Source: Octopus bimaculoides
Lineage: Eukaryota
DNA length: 32,518 nt
Reading direction: 5' to 3'
Assembly: GCF_001194135.2 (NCBI RefSeq)
Contig: NC_069000.1
Span: 16,008,650-16,041,167, forward strand
The notes under the pieces were generated by a model, which ran no database searches, had not been told where the DNA came from, and saw only the letters and a program-made list of their open reading frames with translations. Both the position numbers and the translations under genes were made by a program. This document shows, in pieces, positions 11,559 through 23,315 of this stretch; the stretch's first letter is position 1, and each line of letters starts with the position of its first letter.

Positions 11559-11607
11559 AAGCTGAATTGTCAGAAAGCCGCAACGATATTATAAATAACA
11601 GCTTCAT
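11559..11607 (-). CDS. Gene 1 exon: signal peptide (leader) MKLLFIISLRLSDNSA
   Basis: ATG at 11607; 16 codons + 1 nt, then donor T|GTAAGT (phase 1). Same 49-nt length and donor as the gene 2 leader; phase matches the V exon at 8744. An in-frame upstream ATG also exists (ORF 11485-11682). Confidence 0.75.
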
Positions 11608-11867
11608 CGCAGTTAAAAGGCAAGAAGACAAGGGAGGAATTAATCGACGCCTCTCAGCAATTGTAGTTTCACCACAAAGCATAACTGGTCCAGGTAAAAA
11701 TTGTTATCAAATGATAGGTAAAAGTAAAAACAGAGGGGAGGAAAAAGAGCGCTAAATGTATGAAGGTGAATAGTTGAAAGAGTGAAGTTTGAAGTGTGAG
11801 CAAACGAGTGACACGTAATCCGAAGTGTGAAATAGTTCTCTTTCTTTCTCCGTCATTGTCTCTCATA

Positions 11868-11930
11868 ATGTATGTAGGTATTTATGTATGTATGTATGTA
11901 TGTATGTATGTATGTATGTATGTATGTATG

Positions 11931-12023
<93 letters not shown>

Positions 12024-12075
12024 GTCTGTCTATACATCCATCCATCCATCTATACATACATACGTACATACATAC
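11868..12075. repeat. Compound microsatellite (TATG)n(TATC)n(TCTG)n(CATA)n
   Basis: Directly visible. Other microsatellites: (CT)n ~10560-10660 and ~23586-23710, (CA)n ~27592-27648, (TTA)n ~14770-14817, (TTTA)n ~4014-4042, and (TA)n at most gap edges. Confidence 0.95.
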
Positions 12076-12084
12076 ATAGTGGTT

Positions 12085-12255
12085 GTCTACTCCTTAAACA
12101 GAGTTTGACCACCTCCTGCACCTACACCTTAGCCCTTTCATGGCGTCTGATGTGGCTTTTTAAACCAGACAGTGTTTTGAAAAAACACCCACACAGATTG
12201 CACCTCTGATTTGCACTACCAATACCTGCAAGTAAGTTCTGCTCATTGTGGATCC
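12085..12255 (-). mobile_element. LINE 3' end fragment with terminal C2H2-like finger
   Basis: [21 protein letters not shown] followed by a stop, flanked by microsatellites, no splice context. Confidence 0.45.
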
Positions 12256-12336
12256 TAACATACATACATACATACATACATACATACATACATACATACA
12301 TACATACATACATACATACATACATACATACATCAT

Positions 12337-12569
12337 GGCGGCGAGCTGGCAGAAACGTTAGCGCGCCGGGCGAAATGCTTAGCGGTATTTCGTCTGCCAC
12401 TACGTTCTGAATTCAAATTCCGCCGAGGTCGACTTTGCCTTTCATCCTTTCGGGGTCGATTAAAATAAGTACCAGTTACGCACTGGGGTCGATATAATCG
12501 ACTTAATCTGTTTGTCTGTCCTTGTTTGTCCCCTCTGTGTGTAGCCCCTTGTGGGTAGTAAAGAAATAA
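12337..12569 (+). mobile_element. SINE (GGCGGCGAGCTGGCAGAAACGTTAGC family)
   Basis: Near-identical to 22991-23197; B-box-like GAATTCAAATTCC; inserted in (CATA)n. Confidence 0.9.
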
Positions 12570-12905
12570 CATACATACGTACATACATACATACATACAT
12601 ACATGCATACATACATAATCTAATATGATAAATGCGAAAACTAATTTCTGTGTGTCAGTGTGTCACATTTTGACACCCTCTCTCATTATTCAATGACACT
12701 TCTTCGTGCTGGGGTGAGAGTAATAGTAGCCATGGAGACGGTGAGGGTGGTGGCTAAGACCGAGAGAGAGAGAGAGAGAGAGAGAAAGAAAAAGAGAGGG
12801 AGAGAAAGAGAGACAAAGAAATTTAAGGAGAGTTGATGATGATTTATTAAAAGTAGTAGTGTTGATGGTGGGAGTGGGAGTAATAACAAGAGAGAGAGAG
12901 AGAGA

Positions 12906-13036
12906 ACAGTGTCAGTCGGGGAGATTGACTGGGGTGGTACGTCTGTCAAACGGTAACGCAGGTGTCCCAAGGAGAGCTCAGCGTGGACGGAAATCACACG
13001 TCAAGCAAAAAGGCAAAAGCTCGCTCGATCTCGATT
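12906..13036 (+). pseudogene. 28S rRNA-derived fragment (domain V, P-loop region)
   Basis: GGGGAGATTGACTGGGGTGGTACGTCTGTCAAACGGTAACGCAGGTGTCCCAAGGAGAGCTCAG...GGCAAAAGCTCGCTCGATC matches the conserved eukaryotic LSU segment with substitutions; isolated ~130 nt. Confidence 0.85.
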
Positions 13037-13263
13037 GGGTATGTGAGAGAAAGAGGGAGATGATGTACAACTTTGTTTGACCATGTCTCTGACAGAAATT
13101 CCTATTGTCAACATACTGAACACTATCATTTTATTTTATTTTTTGCTTTCTTTAATACACACACACACACACACACANNNNNNNNNNNNNNNNNNNNNNN
13201 NNNNNNNNNNNNNNNNNNNNNNNNNNNNNNNNNNNNNNNNNNNNNNNNNNNNNNNNNNNNNNN

Positions 13264-14765
13264 GTATTTTTGTTATGTATTTGTCTGAATATTTTTTTAA
13301 TTATACCTAAGGCACCTACTATGATAGGAATTGTTTCTGTTTTTAGATTCCACATTCGAGTTACCTCTATTTCCAGGTCTTTGTATTTTGAAAGTTTCTC
13401 CATTTCTTTTAGGGAAACGTTGTCATCTGCTGGTATTGATACATCAATTAGAAAGCAATTTTTTCCTTTATGATCTTTGACAACTATATCTGGTCTATTT
13501 GCCTTAATTTCTCTATCTGTGTGTATTGGCATATCCCAGAGTATGGTTGCTTTCTCATTTTCTGTGACCTTTTCTGGCGTGTGTTTATACCATCTTTTTT
13601 CTGTTGTTATTCCATAGTGTTGGTATAGCTTCCAATGTATATAGGTCCCAGCTCTGTCATGAATATATTCTGTCATGAATATATGTCTGTGAATATATTC
13701 CTTCTTAGCCAGGACTGGGCAGCCAGAGATAATATGATTTATTGTTTCTTGTCCATCTCCACATATTCTGCAGTTACTTGTTATGTTTCTTTTCATTATA
13801 TGTTTTTGGTAATTTCTGGTGGGGAGGCTTTGGTCTTGTGCAGCAATTAAAAATCCTTCAGTCTCTGCTTTGAGTCCTGAGCTTCTCAACCATTGCTGGG
13901 ATTTTTCTCCGTCTATTTCTTTTGCATTTAGTTTAGCCCAGTATTTACCATGTAGGAGCTTTTCTTGCCATCGTTTTATCATGGTCCGTTGCTNNNNNNN
14001 NNNNNNNNNNNNNNNNNNNNNNNNNNNNNNNNNNNNNNNNNNNNNNNNNNNNNNNNNNNNNNNNNNNNNNNNNNNNNNNNNNNNNNNNNNNNNNNNNNNN
14101 NNNNNNNNNNNNNNNNNNNNNNNNNNNNNNNNNNNNNNNNNNNNNNNNNNNNNNNNNNNNNNNNNNNNNNNNNNNNNNNNNNNNNNNNNNNNNNNNNNNN
14201 NNNNNNNNNNNNNNNNNNNNNNNNNNNNNNNNNNNNNNNNNNNNNNNNNNNNNNNNNNNNNNNNNNNNNNNNNNNNNNNNNNNNNNNNNNNNNNNNNNNN
14301 NNNNNNNNNNNNNNNNNNNNNNNNNNNNNNNNNNNNNNNNNNNNNNNNNNNNNNNNNNNNNNNNNNNNNNNNNNNNNNNNNNNNNNNNNNNNNNNNNNNN
14401 NNNNNNNNNNNNNNNNNNNNNNNNNNNNNNNNNNNNNNNNNNNNNNNNNNNNNNNNNNNNNNNNNNNNNNNNNNNNNNNNNNNNNNNNNNNNNNNNNNNN
14501 NNNNNNNNNNNNNNNNNNNNNNNNNNNNNNNNNNNAACTCGTCTATAGTACTCTTTCTTTATTATTTCTTTCATTTGTGTATGTTGTATCCTATCTAGTT
14601 CATCGACTCCTAAATATTTGTATGGCTGGCTTTCGTCTAATTCTCTTATTTCATTGACTTTATCTAGTGTGATGCTGCTACTCTTAACTAGTTTTCCTCT
14701 TTTCAGGGTTGCTTTGGCACATTTTTCTAATCCGAATTTCATATCTATTTCCTTGGGAAATCCAT
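13264..14765 (-). mobile_element. 5'-truncated non-LTR retrotransposon with restriction-like endonuclease (R4/Dong-like), interrupted by an N gap
   Basis: RT end MKFGLEKCA...YKYLG; CCHC knuckle CRICGDGQETINHIISGC; RLE motif RPDIVV...LIDVSIP...K..KY..L; abuts (TAA)n on its 5' side. Confidence 0.9.
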
Positions 14766-14769
14766 GTAC

Positions 14770-14817
<48 letters not shown>

Positions 14818-14820
14818 GAA

Positions 14821-14900
14821 GTGATTTTAAATTCTCAATCGCAGAATAATGCTAATAATATAGCCTTAGCATTATTCTGCGATTGAGAATTTAAAATCAC
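14821..14900. repeat. Perfect 35-bp inverted repeat with 10-nt loop
   Basis: GTGATTTTAAATTCTCAATCGCAGAATAATGCTAA - taatatagcc - TTAGCATTATTCTGCGATTGAGAATTTAAAATCAC. Confidence 0.95.
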
Positions 14901-15049
14901 CTCTTTAACTTTCTATAAAAGACATCTCAACGCTTCTAAAAACAAACTTCGTTTTTTTATTTACGTTTGTCGTAATTTGAATTTATTATTATTATTATTA
15001 TAATTGTCGCTGTTGTTGTTGTTGATGTTATTATTATCATCATTTTTAT

Positions 15050-15480
15050 TATTAGCATGCACGGATATTTGCAGAATTTTTCTTAATATCGACATATACA
15101 ACTGTTTTAACGCCGTCTCCTTGAAACTAATAATAATTTCCATCGTTCGCTGATTCCAATTCGATTTTAAAGTATTCTTTGCGATAAAATATTTTGTTGG
15201 TTCAGGATACAATAGAATTTTTTTTTTTTTTTTTGAGAATGAATTCGAAATGAAGAAATTGACTGTTTCTCCATGGCTTTCTTCAAAGGAGGAAGTATTC
15301 AATAACAAAATTGCTATTTAGGATGCGGAAATGTATGAAAGTTAAAGGAGATCATTATTCTCGCTCACTGCTTGTCATCCAATTTCTGAACAGAGTAAAT
15401 ATAATTCTCGAACTTCATCCAGTTTGTTTGCTTTCTATATTGCTACTTCTATTGTAATACTTTCTATTCAAGGTTACGAG
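15050..15480 (-). mobile_element. Highly degraded mariner 3' remnant
   Basis: Weak similarity to a mariner C-terminus (HPK*Q.., FYRK...DGNYY*) across broken frames. Confidence 0.4.
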
Positions 15481-16360
15481 CGTTACGACTGGCTAGTGGA
15501 ACTATTTCATTAACATACATCAGTTTCTACGCCAAATTAATTAATTAATTAATCAGTTAAAGAAGGAAATAGTTTGCTCTCAACCAATCTCGTCAAATCC
15601 TAAAGTTTTCAACACTCATAAAATGTAGATGAGATGGAGTTGTATAGTTTCAGAGTTATAGCCATCCAAAATTCCTCTATTAAGATAATTCAGTAGACTG
15701 AGATTATAGATAGCTTACATAACAATTTCTGACGAGAAAGCAAAGTAGCTCATTAATTAATTGATAAATTAATTGATTAAATATGAGTGCAAACTAATGC
15801 ATAATGACGAAGCGACTCCCAATGCCATTCAAAATGCTCGAAACCTCGAATAAAGTCGTGTAACAACATTGCCTTCAATTTTGTATATTAATATATATAT
15901 ANNNNNNNNNNNNNNNNNNNNNNNNNNNNNNNNNNNNNNNNNNNNNNNNNNNNNNNNNNNNNNNNNNNNNNNNNNNNNNNNNNNNNNNNNNNNNNNNNNN
16001 NNNNNNNNNNNNNNNNNNNNNNNNNNNNNNNNNNNNNNNNNNNNNNNNNNNNNNNNNNNNNNNNNNNNNNNNNNNNNNNNNNNNNNNNNNNNNNNNNNNN
16101 NNNNNNNNNNNNNNNNNNNNNNNNNNNNNNNNNNNNNNNNNNNNNNNNNNNNNNNNNNNNNNNNNNNNNNNNNNNNNNNNNNNNNNNNNNNNNNNNNNNN
16201 NNNNNNNNNNNNNNNNNNNNNNNNNNNNNNNNNNNNNNNNNNNNNNNNNNNNNNNNNNNNNNNNNNNNNNNNNNNNNNNNNNNNNNNNNNNNNNNNNNNN
16301 NNNNNNNNNNNNNNNNNNNNNNNNNNNNNNNNNNNNNNNNNNNNNNNNNNTAGATAAATA

Positions 16361-16612
16361 CTGGGTCATTCCATAAATAATGCGGTTATTTTAACTGCAT
16401 GAACTAAAATTCGGAGGGGGACGGAATAAACTACCTGCATCAACATACTTTTAAAAGCAGGTAGTAATTTTACCTTGTGCTTATCTCTTAGTGCATGTTT
16501 TGAAGAGTGCAGTTCGATTTTAACAGTTATTTTTTCAAAACTATAAATAAAAGTGGCAAAGGAGCATATTCGGCATATTTTGCTTTATGAGTTCAATAAA
16601 GGCAACAAGGCT
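16361..16612 (+). mobile_element. Mariner 5' end (TIR plus transposase N-terminus)
   Basis: TA followed by CTGGGTCATTCCATAAAT; translates to VAKEHIRHILLYEFNKGNKA, a mariner N-terminus with a lost ATG. Confidence 0.7.
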
Positions 16613-18760
16613 TAACCGCCCTGGTTGACAGATGGTGGCTTCATGCTATAATGCAATTTTTCAGTATTTTAGCATTTTTCGGCTACCACCAGTCATGATA
16701 TGAAACACATAATAAAGATGTTAAGAGAAATGTTAAATATCAAATAACATCTGAGCCCGAATCTTTCTAAAGTTAAGAAAGGCCTTGCACAGGCAGATCC
16801 CACTCTCTAAACAACGTATGCATTTGCTAAGAAAAGAAAAGAAAAGAAAAGAAAAAGAGAACTAGTCTACATCATTGGATACAAATGAAGTTGCTTGTGT
16901 TACACCAGTTTTCTTTTTCCCAGAGAGATGTCTTAGCAAAGACTAGAGGGTTTTTCGCTCCCAGCTATTAGAGGATTTTTGTTGCCCCTGATTTTATTCG
17001 CTGCCCTTTGACAGATTTTATTTCTTGTTCTGCAGGATATCCAACAAAAATGACCCACCTTTCTTTGCAGGCTTAGTGTAGATGCAGATTTAGTCGGTGA
17101 TGTACATAACATACAGTGGGTTGTAATGGGTTACATGTTATCAGCAGTACTAAGAACGACTTGACATAACATACGCATATTACATCCATACGCACACACC
17201 GCTTTGCCTGTTACTTGGAGAATACTGGGGGGCACAGTGAGGGAAGACTTACAAGCATAAACAAAGCATTTTCGAGAAGCTTTTCTAATTTAGTCATCTA
17301 TATTTTTTCTTTCTCATAAAAAATAGGATTAGAATGTTATAGAATAAGATGAAAATGAAAAAAAAAAACAAAAAAAAAAACTTATTTACCTACTTTACTT
17401 TAAGGAGTTGTTTGTTTCAATGGTTCAGAATAATTTCTAGAATGAAAAATGAAATAATATACAGAAATGGAATATTTATAACTGATTTAGTTTTCAGTGT
17501 TTTCTTTTTTCAGTTTGAAACACTGAATTGTTAAAATGGATGTATTGTTTTATAATTCGAAATCAAAGCGAAATGTGTTGTGTGTATAAAAGTGGAATTA
17601 CTTTCAATAATTTTAAAGCCAAAATAACAAAGGTGATATAAAAATGTGTTCATGAACAATGTTGTGCATAAATATATGTTGTATACTTAATTACGAGTCG
17701 ATTAGAGCATAAGTAAGCTAATTTAATTATCCACCACAATAATACCTTAATTGTTTACTGCTTTCTAAGTCAGCTGACCACTTTAGTATTGATTGAGAAA
17801 GATATTATGTACACCTTCTTTGAGGAGCGATCAAAAACTCGTGAAGTAGATTTTCCACTCTTTTTACAGCATATCGAAAGCAAATAAGGATTGCGTTTAC
17901 TTCTATTACGTTCATTCACTGCTGAGGCCTTCAGATATTTTATCTTTATCTTTCATCGTTTATTGTTTCCTTTATTGAGCTGTGACCATGCTGTGGCACC
18001 ACTTTAAAAGATTTAGTACTAATGTGTTTCCAAAAGTCTGGCACTTACTCTTAAACGTGTATCATTAACTTACTCGCTAACATCATCAAAACAAACTGAA
18101 TTTTAGTTTGGCTGTTTTGATGAATACCAATGAGGAGCTTTGTGAATAAATTTCCCGCCCCCCCCCAAAAAAAAACAAAGAAAAAAACAGGAAGCTGGAT
18201 GATTCGTTTCCTAAAGCCATCGCTGCATTGTTAGCTTAGCCATGGAATAAAACTCCCAACAGTTGAAACCAGGAGAGTAAAGAAGGACCGCTCTTGATGT
18301 TGAAATTACTCATTATCTCGTTAGTTTGCAGAGCAGAGGTCAATTTCCACAGAAGTAGAANNNNNNNNNNNNNNNNNNNNNNNNNNNNNNNNNNNNNNNN
18401 NNNNNNNNNNNNNNNNNNNNNNNNNNNNNNNNNNNNNNNNNNNNNNNNNNNNNNNNNNNNNNNNNNNNNNNNNNNNNNNNNNNNNNNNNNNNNNNNNNNN
18501 NNNNNNNNNNNNNNNNNNNNNNNNNNNNNNNNNNNNNNNNNNNNNNNNNNNNNNNNNNNNNNNNNNNNNNNNNNNNNNNNNNNNNNNNNNNNNNNNNNNN
18601 NNNNNNNNNNNNNNNNNNNNNNNNNNNNNNNNNNNNNNNNNNNNNNNNNNNNNNNNNNNNNNNNNNNNNNNNNNNNNNNNNNNNNNNNNNNNNNNNNNNN
18701 NNNNNNNNNNNNNNNNNNNNNNNNNNNNNNNNNNNNNNNNNNNNNNNNNNNNNNNNNNNN

Positions 18761-18797
<37 letters not shown>

Positions 18798-19093
18798 TAT
18801 GTGGTATTTTGACCAGTTAGATATAGTAGCCAGATGTCCTGCATATAAAAACTTTCTAAAAAGGAAGAAAGTTGGATACATTGGATATTATAGTCCTAGT
18901 TGTGTTATTCGTGAAAAGAAACAGATGAGATTGTCACGCCTGGAATACTTCGACCATCGGCCTGTTAGATCAGGGGTGACCTGATATAACCACTGTTACA
19001 AGTAAATAACCAATGTTATAAGTAAATAAATAACCACTGTTACAAGTAAAGGCGAAAACAATAAGCAAAGTGACAAACAAAAAATTAATTTAC

Positions 19094-19421
19094 CTTATCA
19101 TATAAACTGACGACCAATCGGAGATTCGTTTGGTAAGCGAACCAAAATGTGTTTTGCATGTGATATTTGTGTCAAATACGTCATCGATTGGTGAAGTAAG
19201 AGTATAATCTGATGTTACCTTAGAATAACAGCCGGAAGTATACAGAACTTTTTCTTCTTTGTAGGTTTTATATGTTTTACCATGTCTTGTTACAATCCAC
19301 ACAAAGAGTGAAAGCGGCTTAACAGGTATACCAACACTTGCTATACATGTCAAGTGTGTTAATCGCTCCACTTTTTCCTTATCTGTCTTGACAATTTCCA
19401 GAGCTTCTAACTTAGAATTTG
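19094..19421 (-). CDS. Gene 2 exon: C-like Ig domain
   Basis: Acceptor ctttcttttcag| phase 1. Motifs LTCIAS, FVW, GCY, NITC. Ends at AG|GTAAAT (phase 2) or reads into TAA at 19090-19092. Confidence 0.8.
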
Positions 19422-19665
19422 CTGAAAAGAAAGCGACCTGATATAGCAAAATGTTAGAACAATAGGTTTTGTATATTACAAAGACTATTGGGTGGTTTCA
19501 CTAATATAAACTACAATCTTCACACTAAACGGAAATGGTTAACACCACTCGAACTGTTCTTGATGCTGGACTCTGTGAACTGCTACTTCTAACCTATATA
19601 CACATATACACACACCGACACATATGTACACGCACACACGCGCACGCACGCACACACATACATAC

Positions 19666-20180
19666 GTTCCGGGTTCATTCCCACTGCGTGGCACCTTGGG
19701 CAAGTGTCTTCTACTATAGCCTTGGGCCGACCAAAGCCTTGTGAGTGGATTTGGTAGACGGAAACTGAAAGAAGCCCGTCGTATATATGTATACATACAT
19801 ATATATANNNNNNNNNNNNNNNNNNNNNNNNNNNNNNNNNNNNNNNNNNNNNNNNNNNNNNNNNNNNNNNNNNNNNNNNNNNNNNNNNNNNNNNNNNNNN
19901 NNNNNNNNNNNNNNNNNNNNNNNNNNNNNNNNNNNNNNNNNNNNNNNNNNNNNNNNNNNNNNNNNNNNNNNNNNNNNNNNNNNNNNNNNNNNNNNNNNNN
20001 NNNNNNNNNNNNNNNNNNNNNNNGTGTTTATGTCCCCGTAACTTAGCGGTTCGGCAAAAGAGATCGATAGAATAAGTACTAGGCTTCCAAAGAATAAGTC
20101 CTGAGGTCGATTTGCTCGACTAAAGGTGGTGCTCCACCATGGCCGCAGTCAAATGACTGAAACAAGTAAAAGAGTGAAGA
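19666..20180 (+). mobile_element. SINE with internal microsatellite spanning an N gap
   Basis: Head gggttcattcccactgcgtggcaccttgggcaagtgtcttctactatagcc matches reverse copies at ~1900-2030 and ~3540-3650; tail matches the reverse copy at ~8850-9012. Confidence 0.75.
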
Positions 20181-20896
20181 GAGAGAGAGAGTGTAGTAAA
20201 ACATGAGTTTTGGTTTTATAAGAGGTCATCTGCGAATTTTAGGCTAACGGTAACTGATAATTATGTAATGACAAGAAGATATATAGCTACATGAAAATTT
20301 AGTAGTTCTGTGATTGCTATAACCCAAGAAATGTTATTAATGAAGTAACATCTTTATTGATGAGGACACGCTTTATGTAAATTACTAACACCGGTCTGAA
20401 GGAGGTGAGTTGATCTCAGAAAGATAATTAATTATAATTCATTAAAAATGAAAAGTAATAGGGAGAGAATCTAATATTTAGCAGCAGTTTGTGACTACTC
20501 CGGACATGCTTTAATCTTATCCGTAAATCTTATCCTTAAAACATAATCTATCTGTTACTGGAAAATGTCTAGAATTTGACCGAATTTAGTCATTTACGTA
20601 AGTTGTTTAATTTTGATTAATTAAAATTTTGTGTCCTTCTTTCTACATCAATTATCTTAAAGTCTACTTCACTTTATTGAAAATAGAACAACTTTGTATG
20701 GTATATTGTACATAGAGTATTTTCACTGCAATATAAAATAGAAAAACCAAAGGACTTTGGCATATGTAAAATATTGCACGTAACAAAGTCTACAGATCTG
20801 CACTCAACAGTGCAGTAGAAAAATGCAATAGAAATAAAACTACTGACAATGAGTAACACTGGAGATGAATAAATAAAAGAGCCGGGTAACACCAAC

Positions 20897-21220
20897 CTTT
20901 AAATATCCTCGATATTGAAACTTCTTTGAATGTTTTACATGAGTAGGTTGCTACATCTTCGCAAGTGGGTTTATATTTCCAACAGGTAATATAATCTACT
21001 TTAGCAGTAGTAGGGAAAGAGCAGTTGAAACCTTTGATAGTATTTACTCTCTTGTATCTCTTGTCATTTGAGTAATATTGTATATGTACCACTGTAACTC
21101 CATTTTGTTGGAATTCGAAGTAAAGTAAATTATCGGTCGCATACAATATTGTTATTGATATATTAGTTGTCACTCCAGGTTCAATACCGTCAACTGGTTT
21201 CATATGTACAATACCAATAT
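20897..21220 (-). CDS. Gene 2 exon: V-like Ig domain (B-strand Cys replaced by Ile)
   Basis: Acceptor tttttacatatag|, donor AG|GTTGGT, 324 nt, phase 1-1, open frame. Motifs FNC, ITCWK, PTCEDVATYSC. About 40% identical by my manual count to the gene 3 V exon. Confidence 0.85.
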
Positions 21221-22414
21221 CTATATGTAAAAATAAATAAATACATATCAATCAGTAACATATAGTTGCAGTTATAGAACAATGGTGAAAAAGATAATAT
21301 TACGGAGAGAAATGTACATTAGCTAACTCCCCACCATCAAATCGAGGTTGCCTGAAGAGATGCGCAGTGTACCATACGTCTGGTGTTGAAGTGAGATGAA
21401 TTGTTTCGCCCAAGAAAAATAAAGGAGTGTAGACTAAGAAAAAAGACGAAAAATTAGCGGTCGAAAGCAAAATAAAAACGAAGTGGGAATGAATCAAGGA
21501 TTAATAAAATAAGGAAATATATTAAAACTGAGGATGAAGGGTGAAAAATAGTTAAACAAAAGAGAATAGAAGAATGAACTGCATGAACTGCAGTGAAAAC
21601 AAAGTGTTATTCCGACTATGAGAAATTAGTATTAGATATTTCAATGATTAGAGAGGATCCTATGAGGTAAAATGCTCAGGTGAATGACGGATAAGACATT
21701 TCGTTAAAATATTATCAACATCACCATTTGTGACATTCCGGAATTTAAATATTCAGAAATACTGTCATACCTCGACTTACGTCGGTAACTGGTTCGAAGA
21801 CATGCAAGTTAACTAGAAAAACGATGCAACGCTAAAACCATTTCAAAATTCATTGAATTTCATTTAAAAGACTTCCAGTCGCTGTAAATTACTATGCTTT
21901 AAATATTTTAATAAAAATGGAAAAGAATGGGCCAAGTCGGAAAAGAATAGCGCAATAAAGATAGAATTGGAAGTGTATTGTGACCATCGGTGTATAACAG
22001 CACCTGGTACCTAATCGGTACTGTGATACTCGTACATATGTAGAATTTCTATTTTTTTCATCTCTAACTCTTATTTTTCTTGTATCCACGCCCTTGTCTC
22101 TTACCGTTTATAGTATTCTTTTAGTTCCTTGTCACTTTTTCTCCCATTTTAACAATTTCAATCCAATTCTTTCTCTTTGCCTCTTTTATTTCCCATTATC
22201 AGCTATCCCCGCTTCTCTACTTGCTACAGTTTTAATCGCTTCAGTTTATTTTGATTATATCAGAATGAGACAGAGTGGCTAATGCATTACTCTAAAAATG
22301 GAGGGCAAGGTACAACGAAAAGGCATTTCCTTCTTGAGGGACTTATTTCTAAGGTTAGCAATCATTATTCCGATCGCATTGAGGATGGATGTGAATGAAG
22401 AAACACTAAGCTGT

Positions 22415-22626
22415 GTACCAGTATCGCAGTGATGACGACGTCATATTTGCTGTTGATGACTTTTTTGAGGAACAAGACGAAGGCATCTTCATAAATGGAA
22501 TCGAAGCACTACAACACTGATGGAAGAAGTGTATTTACCGTAAGGGGGAATACGTTGAAAAATAAGCCTCATTTGGTCACATTCCATGAGAATATCTTGG
22601 CCTATGAACTTTTCAGCCGACCGTCG
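22415..22626 (+). mobile_element. Mariner 3' end
   Basis: YRSDDDVIFAVDDFFEEQDEGIFINGIEALQH*WKKCIYRKGEYVEK*, then TIR-like aacttttcagccgaccgtcg + TA. Confidence 0.75.
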
Positions 22627-22778
22627 TACATGTACTCTTACTTGAGTGTTAATAAGTGTGTGCTATAAGACGTTTGCCGACCATTAGTGTCCGGAATGTG
22701 GGTATTGTACCTCTTTATGTATGTGTGTGTGTGTGAGTGTCTGTTTGTTTGCTTGTGTGTGCGTGTGTATGTGTGTGC

Positions 22779-22810
<32 letters not shown>

Positions 22811-22990
22811 NNNNNNNNNNNNNNNNNNNNNNNNNNNNNNNNNNNNNNNNNNNNNNNNNNNNNNNNNNNNNNNNNNNNNNNNNNNNNNNNNNNNNNNNNN
22901 NNNNNNNNNNNNNNNNNNNNNNNNNNNNNNNNNNNNNNNNNNNNNNNNNNNNNNNNNNNNNNNNNNNNNNNNNNNNNNNNNNNNNNNNNN

Positions 22991-23197
22991 CCGGGCGAAA
23001 TGCTTAGCGGTATTTCGTCTGCCGTTACGTTCTGAGTTCAAATTCCGCCGCGGTCGACTTTGCCTTTCATCCTTTCGGGGTCGATAAATTAAGTACCAGT
23101 TACACCCTGGGCTCGATGTAATCGACTTAATCCCTTTGTCTGTCCTTGTTTGTCCCCTCTGTGTGTAGCCCCTTGTGGGCAATAAAGAAATAAGAAA
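22991..23197 (+). mobile_element. SINE, same family as 12337-12569, 5' end in gap
   Basis: Direct match to 12367-12569. Confidence 0.9.
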
Positions 23198-23315
23198 TAT
23201 TTGAGACAGAAATATATGAGACAAAAATAGAGTTGGATGGCAACCAACATATGAAATTTAGGAGAGGAAGATTGAGTGTTGGAGCTGAAAAGAAAATATT
23301 AATTTCTTAACTTAC

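Noticed and set aside
12122-12400. C2H2 zinc-finger gene
   Set aside because: A single finger followed by a stop; the upstream part of the ORF is microsatellite and SINE, with no splice sites; it fits a LINE 3' end better
12686-12997. ORF MISVHAELSLGHLRYRLTDVPPQS
   Set aside because: Antisense translation of the 28S rRNA fragment plus a GA microsatellite, a classic spurious ORF
17060-17130. Ser/Thr-rich segment TSPTKSAST before a minus-strand GTGGGT donor as a gene 2 stalk exon
   Set aside because: No AG acceptor between the upstream in-frame stop and the segment
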